Position numbers and translations under genes: made by a program. A stretch of 64,000 bases of DNA from Eledone cirrhosa (lineage: Eukaryota): NCBI GenBank assembly GCA_964016885.1, contig OZ024741.1:301382001-301446000 (forward strand). Reading direction: 5' to 3'. Positions 12,234-23,445 of the stretch are shown piece after piece; within the stretch, counting starts at the first letter, position 1, and every line of letters starts with the position of its first letter. The notes beneath the pieces are model-generated. The model ran no database searches. It saw only the letters and a program-made list of their open reading frames with translations, and had not been told where the DNA came from.

Positions 12234-13970
12234 AGACCCACAACCCACAACCAACTGTCAAAAAAATGTGGTCGCTCTAATTGTGGAACCTGCACTCACC
12301 TCATTGAAGGCAACACGTATACATTTAAATCAGGACAAAATTTTGCTGTAAAAAATCACTTAACGTGCTCATCAAAAAATCTATTTTATGCCATTAAATA
12401 TAAAGGATGCAATGAAGATTATATAGGACAAACTAAACTCACACTCAGAAACAGAATGACAGTTTATCGTCAATACTTACGAGATCCAACCACGAGACAG
12501 ATACCACTAAGCGCACATCTAGACATATGCGCAAGTAATAAGACACCCAAATTCCAAGTCTTCCCATGTTACCTTTGTGCTGACAATAGAACAGAACACA
12601 TACGAATAAATAAGGAAAATATGTTTCAAAAATATAGACCAGCATTAAATATGGTTTAATATACATTATGTCAACACCATAACATGCTAACCATCCAAAC
12701 AGAAACATACACACACACATAACACCTGCTACTTTACAAAATAAAAACCCGAACTAAATAAACCTTAACATACGTTTGCGCTGATAATGCAACAGAACAA
12801 ATACGAATAAGTAAGGAAAATATGTTCATTCAAAAATATTCCTACAAACGGAATCATTTTCCTACACACACACACACAATATATATATATATATATATTC
12901 TCTTCATCTTAACATTCTAACCATACTCCCACACAAACATAACACCCCCACACACACAACTCCCTCCCCTATTTCTACTAATAGAATCACTTTCCTACAC
13001 ACATATACGCACAAAATATATATATTCACTCCATCTTAACATACCCCCCCCCCCACACACACACACACATAACACCCATACACACACACACACACAACTC
13101 CCTCCCCCATTTCTACTAATAGAATCATCTTCCTATACACACACACACACGCACACAAATAAACATACATATCTTTACTTTCTTTATTTCAATAGAAAAT
13201 CTGAATTCTGACACCCCAGCGAACTAACCATATTCACTGAACTTCGTGAGCCACTTTTTTTAAAGTAAAAAGAAATTCAAACAAACTTACGCGAAAGCTG
13301 ATATACTTATTCACGTGACTACATCAACCAACCAAACTTCACTCATATATGAAAAAACAACGTGCTATATTCACCGAACCAGAACAATTCTCCCATCCCA
13401 TTTCTCTTGGCCATCATCTTTTGTTTGTCATAAAATTCTCTAAAAGGCTACAAAATAAATTCACAAATACGGGCGCGAAATTTAATGAACTTGTTCACGT
13501 GAAAACCATAATTTAATTTATAACCAATCAAATTGCATTTATGAAAAAAAGCCTTCGTGAGCCACTTTTTGTTAGTAAAAAGAAATTCAAACACTCATAT
13601 ATGAAAAAAAACCTGAGCCCCCCTCCCTTGTTTGAAGAACTTTGTAACGCGAACTGGCGCGAAATTTATTATACTTATTGACCAACCAATCAAATTACTT
13701 CTCTAAAAACCTGGCGTTTCGAGCCACTTTTTTCCATATAAAACAAGTAACATTCAAACACCAACCAGATGTGAGAAAAACCACAGACCCTCCATCTCAA
13801 CTCTACTTTTGAAAAGCAGAAGAACTGCGAAACCGGTAAAGGAACCAAATAAATATATATATATATTAAAAAATAAGACTCCAGTTGCATTCTCGATTTC
13901 ATCTTTTTTTCCTTATACTTTCACTCGTGTAGGACACCTCGGTTATTTTTCATTTTGTAAAAAAAACCTC

Positions 13971-13980
<10 letters not shown>
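12230..13980 (+). mobile_element. 3' fragment of a Neptune-like PLE: GIY-YIG end plus 3' pseudo-LTR with hammerhead
   Basis: Manual translation from ~12265: KCGRSNCGTC...TCSSKNLFYAI..KGCNEDYIGQT..LRNRM; (TA)n at both sides. Confidence 0.75.
13804..13843 (+). ncRNA. Minimal type I hammerhead, U3-A8 variant
   Basis: UACUU-UUGAAAA-GCAG aagaa CUGC-GAAAC cg GUA-AAGGA; palindromic stem III ACCGGU. Confidence 0.7.
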
Positions 13981-14014
<34 letters not shown>

Positions 14015-14020
<6 letters not shown>

Positions 14021-14762
14021 TAGTACAGCACCAACGAGGCTTTGGTTGCAGCCAAGCTAACGAATGCAGTGTCGGTGTGCATCTAAGCACTCAATAGGGT
14101 ATATACCTAGAGTTATAACATTACGTTTAGATAGCTTTGTAAATTGAAGACAGCAACCGATAGACGGGCCGCAATGACCATAGCGACGAAAAAGACTGAA
14201 CTCAGGAAAAAGATTTTGACTAACCTGGACTATCACGTCGACATCATACACAACACATAATATATACCATATAATATACATCATCTATAATCCATAATAT
14301 CTCCGCTAGGTTTCTGTAAATCCGAAATCGACAAAATCCACTTGCAGGGGTCTGCAAGTTAATGGTTTTTGAAGATAGAACAATGGAGTTTACTTCGTGA
14401 ACAAGTTTTTCCTTCTCGTCCGCTCGGGTGTGAATTCTAGAGTAAGCGCTGCTAGCAAGCACATGGTTTTCCCAAAGGGAGGTAACCCCCGATTTTTGCG
14501 GTCAATTCAAGTTTGGAACAAAGGAATAAAATTCCTTTACACAAACCGAATTAAGCACTCAACTAGAAGTTATCAAACAAACATAAACAATTAATCGATC
14601 AATAGAATTGTCTAATTAAATTAATCAATTAATCGTTAATTCTAGGAGATAATAATACAAAATTGAGTATAGCATCAACGAAGCTCTGGTTGCAGCCAAG
14701 CTAACGAATGCTGTCTCGGTGTGCAGCTAAGCACTCAATAGGGTATATAACCCTAGAGTTAT

Positions 14763-14767
<5 letters not shown>
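14015..14767. repeat. ~640-bp non-coding unit with ~110-bp terminal direct repeats, between (TA)n tracts
   Basis: 14015-14122 matches 14658-14767 (ggttgcagccaagctaacgaatgc...cactcaatagggtatat). Confidence 0.75.
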
Positions 14768-14813
<46 letters not shown>

Positions 14814-14944
14814 AGGAAGTTATAGTTCACTTGAAGCATTGTGTAATGAGGTATAAACGTTTGTATTTGTAAAGCCAAAACAATGCAGGTATGAACATAG
14901 AATAAAAATGCAATTAGTCTTTTCCCTTAAATTTATTTAAATGT

Positions 14945-14979
14945 CCTTAATTTTCGAGATAATATCTCTTCTTCAGAGG
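14945..14979 (-). ncRNA. Minimal hammerhead with an extra A after A9, inside an inverted-repeat element (~14851-15117)
   Basis: Minus strand CCU-CUGAAGA-a-GAGAU auu AUCUC-GAAA au UA-AGG. Confidence 0.55.
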
Positions 14980-15112
14980 GAAGTAAAGCGGTTAAACCAG
15001 TGTTCTAAGAGATATTATCTCGAAAATTAAGGACATTTAAATAAATATTTTTTGCATTTGCATTTTTATTCTATGTCCATACCTGCATTGTTTTGGCTTT
15101 ACCGTAACAAAC

Positions 15113-15153
<41 letters not shown>

Positions 15154-16421
15154 TAAACGGAATAGAAAATGCTGACAAATTGTTCACAGTGAAAAATAGT
15201 TTAATTAGGAATAAATGAGAATTAGTAATTGTATTGGTTAGTATTCAGTTTTGGTTTTAAGTTTTACCGGTTGCGCATTTCTAAATGCTTTACAAAAATA
15301 ATTTTGAGATAGAACGTCCGTGATGTTTGCTCACAAAAACACTCACTCACACATTCGCGCGCACCCTGATGTAGCATCTACCAATGATGAGAAGTTCGGC
15401 TTCAAAACGAATAAGACACCACCCACCAACAGCTTACTCCAACCATTTGAAGAAGACCTCTTCAAGATGATCAGAGATATTAAATTCCGTAGAGCCACCA
15501 CACCATTCCAGGCCTACTTAAATGCCGAATTGCGGAATATAAAAAAATCCCCTAATCTTTATGTCTCCTCCGATTAAACCCAAAACGTTTATGAGGTAGA
15601 CCCACAGACCTACAATAAGCTGGCAAAAATGCCATCACGACCACCTACAAAAAGGTAATGGAGATGGCACTGACTGAGACAAACGCGGCTGGAAAAGAAA
15701 TAGCCAAGTCCCTTAAACTACACGACCGGACCGAACCTTTAAGGGTAAAGACCCTGCACTTTACCCTGAAGGACCATAAGGGAAACTTCCTCAACAAACC
15801 ATCAGTCAGACTTATCAACCCCACTCGTTCAGACATCGGCTCTATCAGTAAGAAGATCCTGGATAGAGTTCTACCATCATTGCGGGCTGCCTCACTACTC
15901 CCACTCTGGAGCAGAACATCTGAGGCAATATCCTGGTTCCAAGATTTACCCGACAAACACCACACTCGCTTCCTGCAACTCGACATAGAAAACTACTATG
16001 CCTCTATCTCGGAGCCCCTCCTGAAGGACGCAATTAACTTTGCCTGGAATTTTACCACCATTACCGATGCTGAGCAAGTTGTTATCCTCCACGCCCGTAA
16101 GACCTTTCTATACCATGATGGATCTTACTGGATCAACAAGAAATCTCAGACCCCATTTGACGTTAGCATGGGAGCGAGTGACTCGGCTGAAATTAGCGAC
16201 CTTGTAGGCTTGTACATCCTACATCACCTGCAGAACCTCTTTACCGGCCTAACCGGAGGTTTATACCGAGACGACGGCCTCTTCGCCCTGCATAAGGTTA
16301 ACCCCAGAACCACCGATGGGTTTCGGAAAAACTTAAGCTCGTTCTTCTCTAATCTAGGATTTAGTATAACTATAGAATCTAATTTGACTTGGTAAATCCT
16401 ACCGGCGACGCCAATAAACTC

Positions 16422-16583
16422 TGTTGTATTCCTCTCGGTACACGCAGTTTTTAATACCAACGCTGACTGACTGCCCAGGTCACGTGATTCATATGCAAAT
16501 GTGTGAGCACGTGTAAATTGAATAGAAATTTAACAGTCCATACAACAATGAGGTTGTGAGTTCGATTCCCAGTCCATACAACA
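16422..16583 (-). repeat. 3' LTR (162 bp; 114-bp internal deletion relative to the 5' LTR)
   Basis: Near identical to 20920-21195 apart from the deletion. Confidence 0.9.
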
Positions 16584-16617
16584 CCTCCCCACCGAAATTG
16601 ATGCGACAAAAGAAGCA

Positions 16618-19600
16618 TCAACAGCAAAGTCTCTCTGGGGGTTTACGAGTTCTCTTGGACCGTCTTCGATTGTCTGGTCCATACTCTGGAACGGGCAACA
16701 AGGTCTTGGGTCTGGTCTGTCTTGGAGTTAGTGGCACGATTTCCGAGATCTCCATCGGGTGATCTGTTGCAAATTCAAAAACAGTGTCTACTGCATCACC
16801 AGGTTCATTGTCTTCCTCAGTAGTGTACTGCGGTTGCAGCTGTTCCCAGTGTCGTCTCCACACCGGGCCATGAGGTATGACCTTAACGTTGAAGCAGCGA
16901 GTACCCAATGACTTCTTAATGATTGCTGGTACCCATCGGGGATCTTTGTCTCGGCGAGGTCCGTAGTACAGTGCATACACAGGATCTCCAGCCTTGTACT
17001 GCCTGGTAACCTTAGCGACACCTGCCGAGTCCGCAGTCATCTGAGACTTATATTCTTCCTTAGACTGCTTGCCTTGAGCGATGTGTGCTTGCGAGGGCAG
17101 CATCTGCCGGTGATTCAAAAGTTCACTCGGAGAGAATCCACTGGATGTCGGTGTTCTCCGGTACTGCATCAAGAACTCTTGAAGTGCTCGCTTCGGCGGA
17201 AGAGAAGTCTTCCTCAGAACTTGTTTGAAGGTCTGCACCAAACGTTCCGCTGCTCCGTTAGTAGCTGGGTGGTAAGGTGCCCCTGTCAGGTGCGTGATCC
17301 CACGTTCTTTGCACCAGCTCTGGAACTCCTCAGAAATAAAAGTTGGTGCGTTATCGGTGACTAGCGTGTGATCAAATCCGAAGTGCGCAAAGTCTTCTTT
17401 AAGCAGATCTAAAGTGGCTCTGGAGGACGTGGATGACGTAGGATGAATGCATGGATACTTGGAATAAGCATCCGTGATCACCAACCAATTACTGCCCATG
17501 GAATTTATTGCGTGGTCCAGGTGTAAGCGGCTCCACGGCTTTTCAGGTAAGATCCATGGGTGAACTGGAGACTTGGATGGCTGGTTTTGATGTTCACCAC
17601 ACGAATCACATTGTCGACTGGTTTTCCCTATAGCAGCATCGATACCAGGCCAATAAACAGCAGTTCTTGCCAATTGTTTCATGCGCTCCATGCCAAAGTG
17701 TCCGAGATGCAGAAGATTGATGATCTTTGGCTGTAAGCTATGTGGAATCACAACTCTCGATCCATGGATAAGGCATCCGTGGCAGATACTAAGTGAATCC
17801 GATAACTTCCGGAACTTATTGACTTCGTCATTGATCTCAGTATTCTTTGGTGGCCAGCCTTCACGGACGTAGCGTATCACTGTAGATATCACTGGATCTT
17901 TCCCTGACTCTTGACGGAGGACGTTAGCATCGATAGGTTGGACTTGAAGACTGAGAGCTTTGATGGCGCACACCATGTCCATGTCTTCACCATTTTCCTT
18001 CCTGTCAATGTCGATGTCATTACCAAATGGCAAGCGACTGAGGGCATCTGCATTGCCATGATCCGCTGTTTTCCGATATTCGATGGTGTAGTCAAACTGG
18101 TTCAGCCACAGGGCCCACCGTGCTAGTCGGTTAGCAGCGAGAAGTGGCGTCCCTTTCCTCGGACTGAACAGTGATGTCAGTGGCTTGTGGTCAGTTACGA
18201 GTATAAACTGATGTCCGTACAGATACTGATAGAACTTCTGCAAGCCAAATATGATGGCCAGGGCTTCCTTTTGAATTTGGCCGTAGTTACGCTGTGGAGA
18301 AGTAAGAGTCTTGGACACATTGGATATTGGGCGCTCGCTTCCATCAGGATAGCGATGAAACAGGACTGCTCCAATACCAACGTTTGACGCGTCGCAAGCC
18401 AGTCCCAAAGTTTTGTTTGGATCGAAGTGTATCAGAACTCGATCCGATGAAAGCACATTTTTCCACTGATCGAAAGCTGACTGTTCTTCATCTCCCCACT
18501 TCCAAGTAGTCGTTTTTTTCGTAAGGCAATAGAGTGGCTCTGCCATGCTGGCCAGGTTTGGGATAAACTTTCCATAGAACTGAACTGAACCCAGGAAAGA
18601 CTTCAAGCTTGAGACGTTCGTTGGAGGTGGCATCTTTAAAACTGCTTCGACCTTGGATCCCTTCGCGATCCCTTCAGCCGACAAGGTGTGTCCAAGGTAT
18701 TCCACACTGGGTAATGCAAACTGGCACTTGTCACGGCGACATCTGAGTCCTTTGTCGCACAGACGTGTGAGCAGATACTTTAGGTTGTTCAGGTGATCGT
18801 TTGCATCTTTCCCACTGGCGAGCATGTCGTCCTGGAAGACGGCCACACCAGGTAGATCTTGAGTCAGGTTTTCCATGATCTCCTGAAAGTAACCAGGTGC
18901 TGACTTGATTCCGAAAGGGAGTCGTTCCTGCAGGAGCACCCCACGGTGAGTGCTGAGTGCAAGCCTGCGTTGACTTTCTGGAGCCCGCTTGATCTGATTA
19001 TAGGCTTCAGCAAGATCAATCTTTGTGTATCCGAATCCGCCTCCGAGCTTCTGCATCAGTTCCTCTGGGAGTGGCATTTGATGACGATGATCTGCAAGTT
19101 GGTCATTAATTCCCACAGAGTAGTCACCACAAATCCGTAGTTTGGGCTTCAGGTTGCCTGAAGTATGTGATTTACGAATCGGTACCACTGGCGTTCCGTA
19201 TTCGTTGAACTGTACTGGCTTCCAGATTCCTTTGGCGATGCCTTCTTCGTAACCTTTGGCCAGGTCATCACGAAGAGCAAACGGGACCGGGCGTGCCTTG
19301 TGAAAGGCCGGTGTCGCGTCCGACTTGAACTTCACTTCCAGTTCGAAGTCATTAAGACATCCCAATTCTTGCTTGAAGAGATCTGGGAATTCATCACACA
19401 TGTTGTGACAATCTCGTTGCATGGAAATATAGGGCTCATTTGAGGTCTTTGGATGCATCACTTCTGCACCCTCACTCTTGGCCTGGCTGTCTATTCTTTT
19501 CAATCCTAGAGCATTGTCCACGGAAATTCCCAGAGTCTGGATAGCGTTTCGTCCCAGCAAATTAAGATCAGGGATCTTGGTGACGATGTAGGGTATTGAA

Positions 19601-20856
19601 TTCCGTTTACCGGTCGTTGGATCCTTGGTTTGGCCCATGAAAGTTCCCAGAACGGGCAGGTCGTGCTTGCTGGCAGATTCAAACCGATGTTTGACATCTT
19701 GCAGCTTCGGTTTTCCTAATTGTTTCCAAACTGACAAGGAAACAAAATTGCCTGTAGTAGCTGTGTCCAATTCCATTGTGAAAAGTCTGTTCTGGATTGT
19801 TATTGGCACATTCAAACTATGAGTATCGTGGGGAACTTCACCAAGGATCGCCTTGACTAGCTCAGCTTTCGTGATTCTTTTCACGTAATTCTGTGAGCGA
19901 TGATTACGTTGCTGATGTTTCTTTCTACACACCGCTTGCAAATGTCCCTTTTTGTCACAAAAATGACATTTGGCTTCTTTGAAGGGGCAGTCTGTCGCTT
20001 TGTGGGCCTTTCCACATCGGTAGCACATCTCCTGGTCTGTGGAATAAGACTGCTGATGGTTCTTTCGGGGACCCTTGTTCTTGTTCTGCTGGACCTTGTA
20101 GACTTGCTTGGTTTTGGAACCGTAAACAGTTTCCTTGGCAATCTTTGCTGCGTCTTCGGTCCCGATGGCAACTTGGACAGCACGGGCGAAATCTAGTTCT
20201 GTATCCTTGATCTTGAAAATAGCCTTCAATACAGCTTCATTATTGACAGAACATATAAATCTCTGTCTTAGAGCTTCATCTTGTGGATTTGTGATCGAAG
20301 GAAAATCACAGGTAGCTGCATCCTGACGTATACGTGCTGCCAGCTCCTGGAGAGTTTCGCCTGGCTTCCGTTGCATGTCACTCCAGAACTTGAAACGTTC
20401 TCTCACAATGAAAAGTTTTGGGTCGAACTGTTCTTTCATGAAGTCAACAATTTCGTCCATTGTCAACTTGTTGATACTCTTAGGCGGATTTTGTTGAGCA
20501 GCCAGGTTTGCAAGTTGTTTGTAGATAGCAGCGGTCTGATTAGTCAGGAACACTTGTGCCATGCGTTGCTCGGGTACAGCGTTAGCAGCCTCAAACGTGC
20601 AGAATCTTGACCAGTAATGAGGCCATAGTTCTGTTGTTGAATCAAAAGCAGCAAATGGTGAGATGAATGCTGTTGGTGTCGAAGCAACTGGCGACGCCAA
20701 TAAACTCTGTTGTTCAAAATCTCGAGCACCAAACAGTTTTATCAGAGTGTCCATATCTTTCTTGTGTTGTTGCATTTGTTGTTCCTGTTGTTGCATTTGT
20801 TGTTGCATCTGTTCTCTAAACAACTTTATTAGCTCCGCTGTTTGTTGTTCCGCCAT
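16618..20856 (-). CDS. Gag-Pol polyprotein (~1412 aa from MAEQQ): zinc knuckles, protease, RT, RNase H, integrase
   Basis: CYRCGKAHKATDC, CHFCDKKGHLQAVC, LDTAT, FQDD, ACDAS, TDHKPL, HLGH..CDSC, TDNAP, NGAAER; uninterrupted frame. Confidence 0.93.
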   Translation of the reverse strand: MAEQQTAELIKLFREQMQQQMQQQEQQMQQHKKDMDTLIKLFGARDFEQQSLLASPVASTPTAFISPFAAFDSTTELWPHYWSRFCTFEAANAVPEQRMAQVFLTNQTAAIYKQLANLAAQQNPPKSINKLTMDEIVDFMKEQFDPKLFIVRERFKFWSDMQRKPGETLQELAARIRQDAATCDFPSITNPQDEALRQRFICSVNNEAVLKAIFKIKDTELDFARAVQVAIGTEDAAKIAKETVYGSKTKQVYKVQQNKNKGPRKNHQQSYSTDQEMCYRCGKAHKATDCPFKEAKCHFCDKKGHLQAVCRKKHQQRNHRSQNYVKRITKAELVKAILGEVPHDTHSLNVPITIQNRLFTMELDTATTGNFVSLSVWKQLGKPKLQDVKHRFESASKHDLPVLGTFMGQTKDPTTGKRNSIPYIVTKIPDLNLLGRNAIQTLGISVDNALGLKRIDSQAKSEGAEVMHPKTSNEPYISMQRDCHNMCDEFPDLFKQELGCLNDFELEVKFKSDATPAFHKARPVPFALRDDLAKGYEEGIAKGIWKPVQFNEYGTPVVPIRKSHTSGNLKPKLRICGDYSVGINDQLADHRHQMPLPEELMQKLGGGFGYTKIDLAEAYNQIKRAPESQRRLALSTHRGVLLQERLPFGIKSAPGYFQEIMENLTQDLPGVAVFQDDMLASGKDANDHLNNLKYLLTRLCDKGLRCRRDKCQFALPSVEYLGHTLSAEGIAKGSKVEAVLKMPPPTNVSSLKSFLGSVQFYGKFIPNLASMAEPLYCLTKKTTTWKWGDEEQSAFDQWKNVLSSDRVLIHFDPNKTLGLACDASNVGIGAVLFHRYPDGSERPISNVSKTLTSPQRNYGQIQKEALAIIFGLQKFYQYLYGHQFILVTDHKPLTSLFSPRKGTPLLAANRLARWALWLNQFDYTIEYRKTADHGNADALSRLPFGNDIDIDRKENGEDMDMVCAIKALSLQVQPIDANVLRQESGKDPVISTVIRYVREGWPPKNTEINDEVNKFRKLSDSLSICHGCLIHGSRVVIPHSLQPKIINLLHLGHFGMERMKQLARTAVYWPGIDAAIGKTSRQCDSCGEHQNQPSKSPVHPWILPEKPWSRLHLDHAINSMGSNWLVITDAYSKYPCIHPTSSTSSRATLDLLKEDFAHFGFDHTLVTDNAPTFISEEFQSWCKERGITHLTGAPYHPATNGAAERLVQTFKQVLRKTSLPPKRALQEFLMQYRRTPTSSGFSPSELLNHRQMLPSQAHIAQGKQSKEEYKSQMTADSAGVAKVTRQYKAGDPVYALYYGPRRDKDPRWVPAIIKKSLGTRCFNVKVIPHGPVWRRHWEQLQPQYTTEEDNEPGDAVDTVFEFATDHPMEISEIVPLTPRQTRPKTLLPVPEYGPDNRRRSKRTRKPPERLCC

Positions 20857-20893
20857 GTTTTTGTGATAAATAATTTCCCGGCAATGTAGGTAA

Positions 20894-20911
20894 ATCCTAC
20901 CGGTGACGCCA
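20894..20911 (-). promoter_or_regulatory. Primer binding site, tRNA-Ser-like
   Basis: TGGCGTCACCGGTAGGAT, 8 nt downstream of the 5' LTR. Confidence 0.75.
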
Positions 20912-20919
20912 ATAAACTC

Positions 20920-21195
20920 TGTTGTATTCCTCTCGGTACACGCAGAGAAAACACAACGAGTTATATCAAATAATTTGTGTAATTTGCGAAACAACCAAAA
21001 CGCCCCTCCTCGCAGTAGCAGAATAACATAAAGTAAGTAAGTAGCAGTCTGTGACCGAGTTTTTAATACCAACGCTGACTGACTGCCCAGGTCACGTGAT
21101 TCATATGCAAATGTGTGAGCACGTGTAAATTGAATAGAAGTTTAACGGTCCATACAACAATGAGGTTGTGAGTTCGATTCCCAGTCCATACAACA
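20920..21195 (-). repeat. 5' LTR (276 bp)
   Basis: TG..CA ends with 7-bp terminal inverted repeat, followed by PBS and gag. Confidence 0.9.
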
Positions 21196-21537
21196 CAAAC
21201 CACCCCCAAAACATCACTGATAACCTAGTAAAAAGCGTCTCTATTAGAATATCTGGCCTCTCCGCCAACAAAGATATTTTTAACGCCTCTGCTTCCTACT
21301 ACAATGACGCCCTCGCCCGCAGCGGATTTAAAGAAAAGATAACCTACCTAGAAACCACCGCAAGATTACAGAGGAGGAGTAGGCATAGGCAGATTAGATC
21401 GTGCAACCCTCCCTTCAATAGAGAAGTCTCTACACCGATAGCTAGGATTTTCTTCACTTTGCTGAAATTACACTTCCCCATACAACATAGGTACCACACC
21501 ATCTTTAATAAGAACACAATAAGACTCTCCTACTCCA

Positions 21538-21570
21538 TGTGTGTATGTATATATGTATATATATATATAT

Positions 21571-21657
<87 letters not shown>

Positions 21658-21682
21658 ATGTGTATGTGTATGTGTATATATG

Positions 21683-21733
<51 letters not shown>

Positions 21734-21838
21734 ATATGTAGATGTGTATGTGTGTATATATGTGTGTGTATATATATATGTGTGTGTATATATGTGTGTA
21801 TATGTATATATATATGTTTATTTATATGTGTATGTGTG

Positions 21839-21887
<49 letters not shown>

Positions 21888-21932
21888 ATATGTGTATATG
21901 TGTATATGTAGATGTATGTATATCTGTGTGTG

Positions 21933-21999
<67 letters not shown>

Positions 22000-22074
22000 T
22001 TATTTATGTATACGTGTGTGTGTATGTGTGTACGTACGTGTGTGTATATATATATATATATGTATATATGTGTG

Positions 22075-22157
<83 letters not shown>

Positions 22158-22434
22158 ATATATATGTATGTATGTGTCTATATATATATATATGTATATA
22201 TGTATATATGTATGTATATGTATGTGTATGTATGTATGTATATGTGTATATGTGTATATGCATATATGTGTGTGTGTGTATATATATATATGTATATGTG
22301 TGTATGTGTATGTGTGTGTATTTGTGTATGTGTGTATATATGTATATATGTGTATATGTGTGTGTGTGTATATATATGTGTGTGTGTGTGTGTATATATA
22401 TATATGTATATATATGTATGTGTGTGTATGTATG

Positions 22435-22500
<66 letters not shown>
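21538..22500. repeat. Compound (TA)n/(TG)n microsatellite
   Basis: Direct reading. Confidence 0.95.
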
Positions 22501-22504
<4 letters not shown>

Positions 22505-23445
22505 ATACAATAACAGAGGAAGCTTTAAGCTAAACTCTGACTGGTAACCATCTCACTCAACAAACATTAGGATATACGTTAGTATAATCCCAATTTTGTG
22601 TTTGTGGTGCTAACTATATGTATTTTGTGGAAAGCCAGTTGTATTATTTTATATGAGATATAATTAAAATTAAAATATATCTCTCTTTCCAAACAATTGT
22701 TTCATTATAAGTTTTCTACAAGTTGGGAGAATGTTTCCGGTTTATGTAGAAGCCTAACATATTTTTCTGTAAGAATATATGCAGGTGGGCATTTATAAAT
22801 CATCAGTGGATGCCCATTAAACTTTGATATAAGAAGAAATTTCTTACCGCAGTTATTTTTCGTGTCTGCTAAGTTGTCCCTTCACGCATCAAATGACCGC
22901 CAAATTTGAAATTCCAGCAGTCTTTAGACTGAGGAATATCATAGCGTCACGAAGCGGAAAGGGGAGGCAATCGCGAGTCACAAGAAAGTAAAATAATATA
23001 CACGTGGGTTAATTAGTTTTTTCAAAAACATTATCAATCCTGCGTGTTAAGAACTCAATTAAATTTTAAAAAATAAATGTATGCATGTATTAATTACACA
23101 CGCATATAGATATTTTCTTATGCTAAAAACAGAGAAGTGATACCTAAATAACAAACAATATTTCATAACAGTAATAAATACGGAAAGTTACGTTTAAAAG
23201 GTATCTGGAAATAAAATTCTCTGGCCAAATCAAGAGTAAAATATTTAATACAATAACAGAGAAAGCTTTAAGCTAAACTCTGACTGGTAACCATCTCACT
23301 CAACAAACATTAGGATATACGTTAGTATAATCCCAATTTTGTGTTTGGGGTGCTAACTATATGTATTTTGTGGAAAGCCAGTTGTATTATTTTATATGAG
23401 ATATAATTAAAATTAAAATACATCTCTCTTTCCAAACAATTGTTT
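22501..23445. repeat. ~743-bp unit with ~200-bp terminal direct repeats
   Basis: 22501-22703 is nearly identical to 23244-23445. Confidence 0.85.

Larger units (their letters stand above)
16422..21195 (-). mobile_element. Ty3/Gypsy LTR retrotransposon (K02A2.6/Mag-like), full length
   Basis: Two LTRs with TGTTGTA..TACAACA ends, PBS, PPT (ggtggggagg on the minus strand at 16584-16593) and a single gag-pol ORF. Confidence 0.95.
15370..21537 (+). mobile_element. Penelope-like element family C (RT region), split by the Gypsy insertion (15370-16390 and 21196-21537)
   Basis: KFGFKT, FTLKDHK, RLINPT, LDIENYY, GLYRDDG, then NHP..YYNDAL..NPPFN after the LTR element. Confidence 0.85.

Noticed and set aside
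20857-21072. N-terminal 72-aa extension of the 1484-aa Gypsy ORF
   Set aside because: Runs through the LTR and PBS from a non-ATG start; the first ATG at 20856 is the plausible start
21539-22533. Long YI/CV/TH-rich ORFs here and at ~24300, 26400, 35300, 40050, 49800, 55400 and 56700
   Set aside because: Translations of stop-free TA/TG microsatellites
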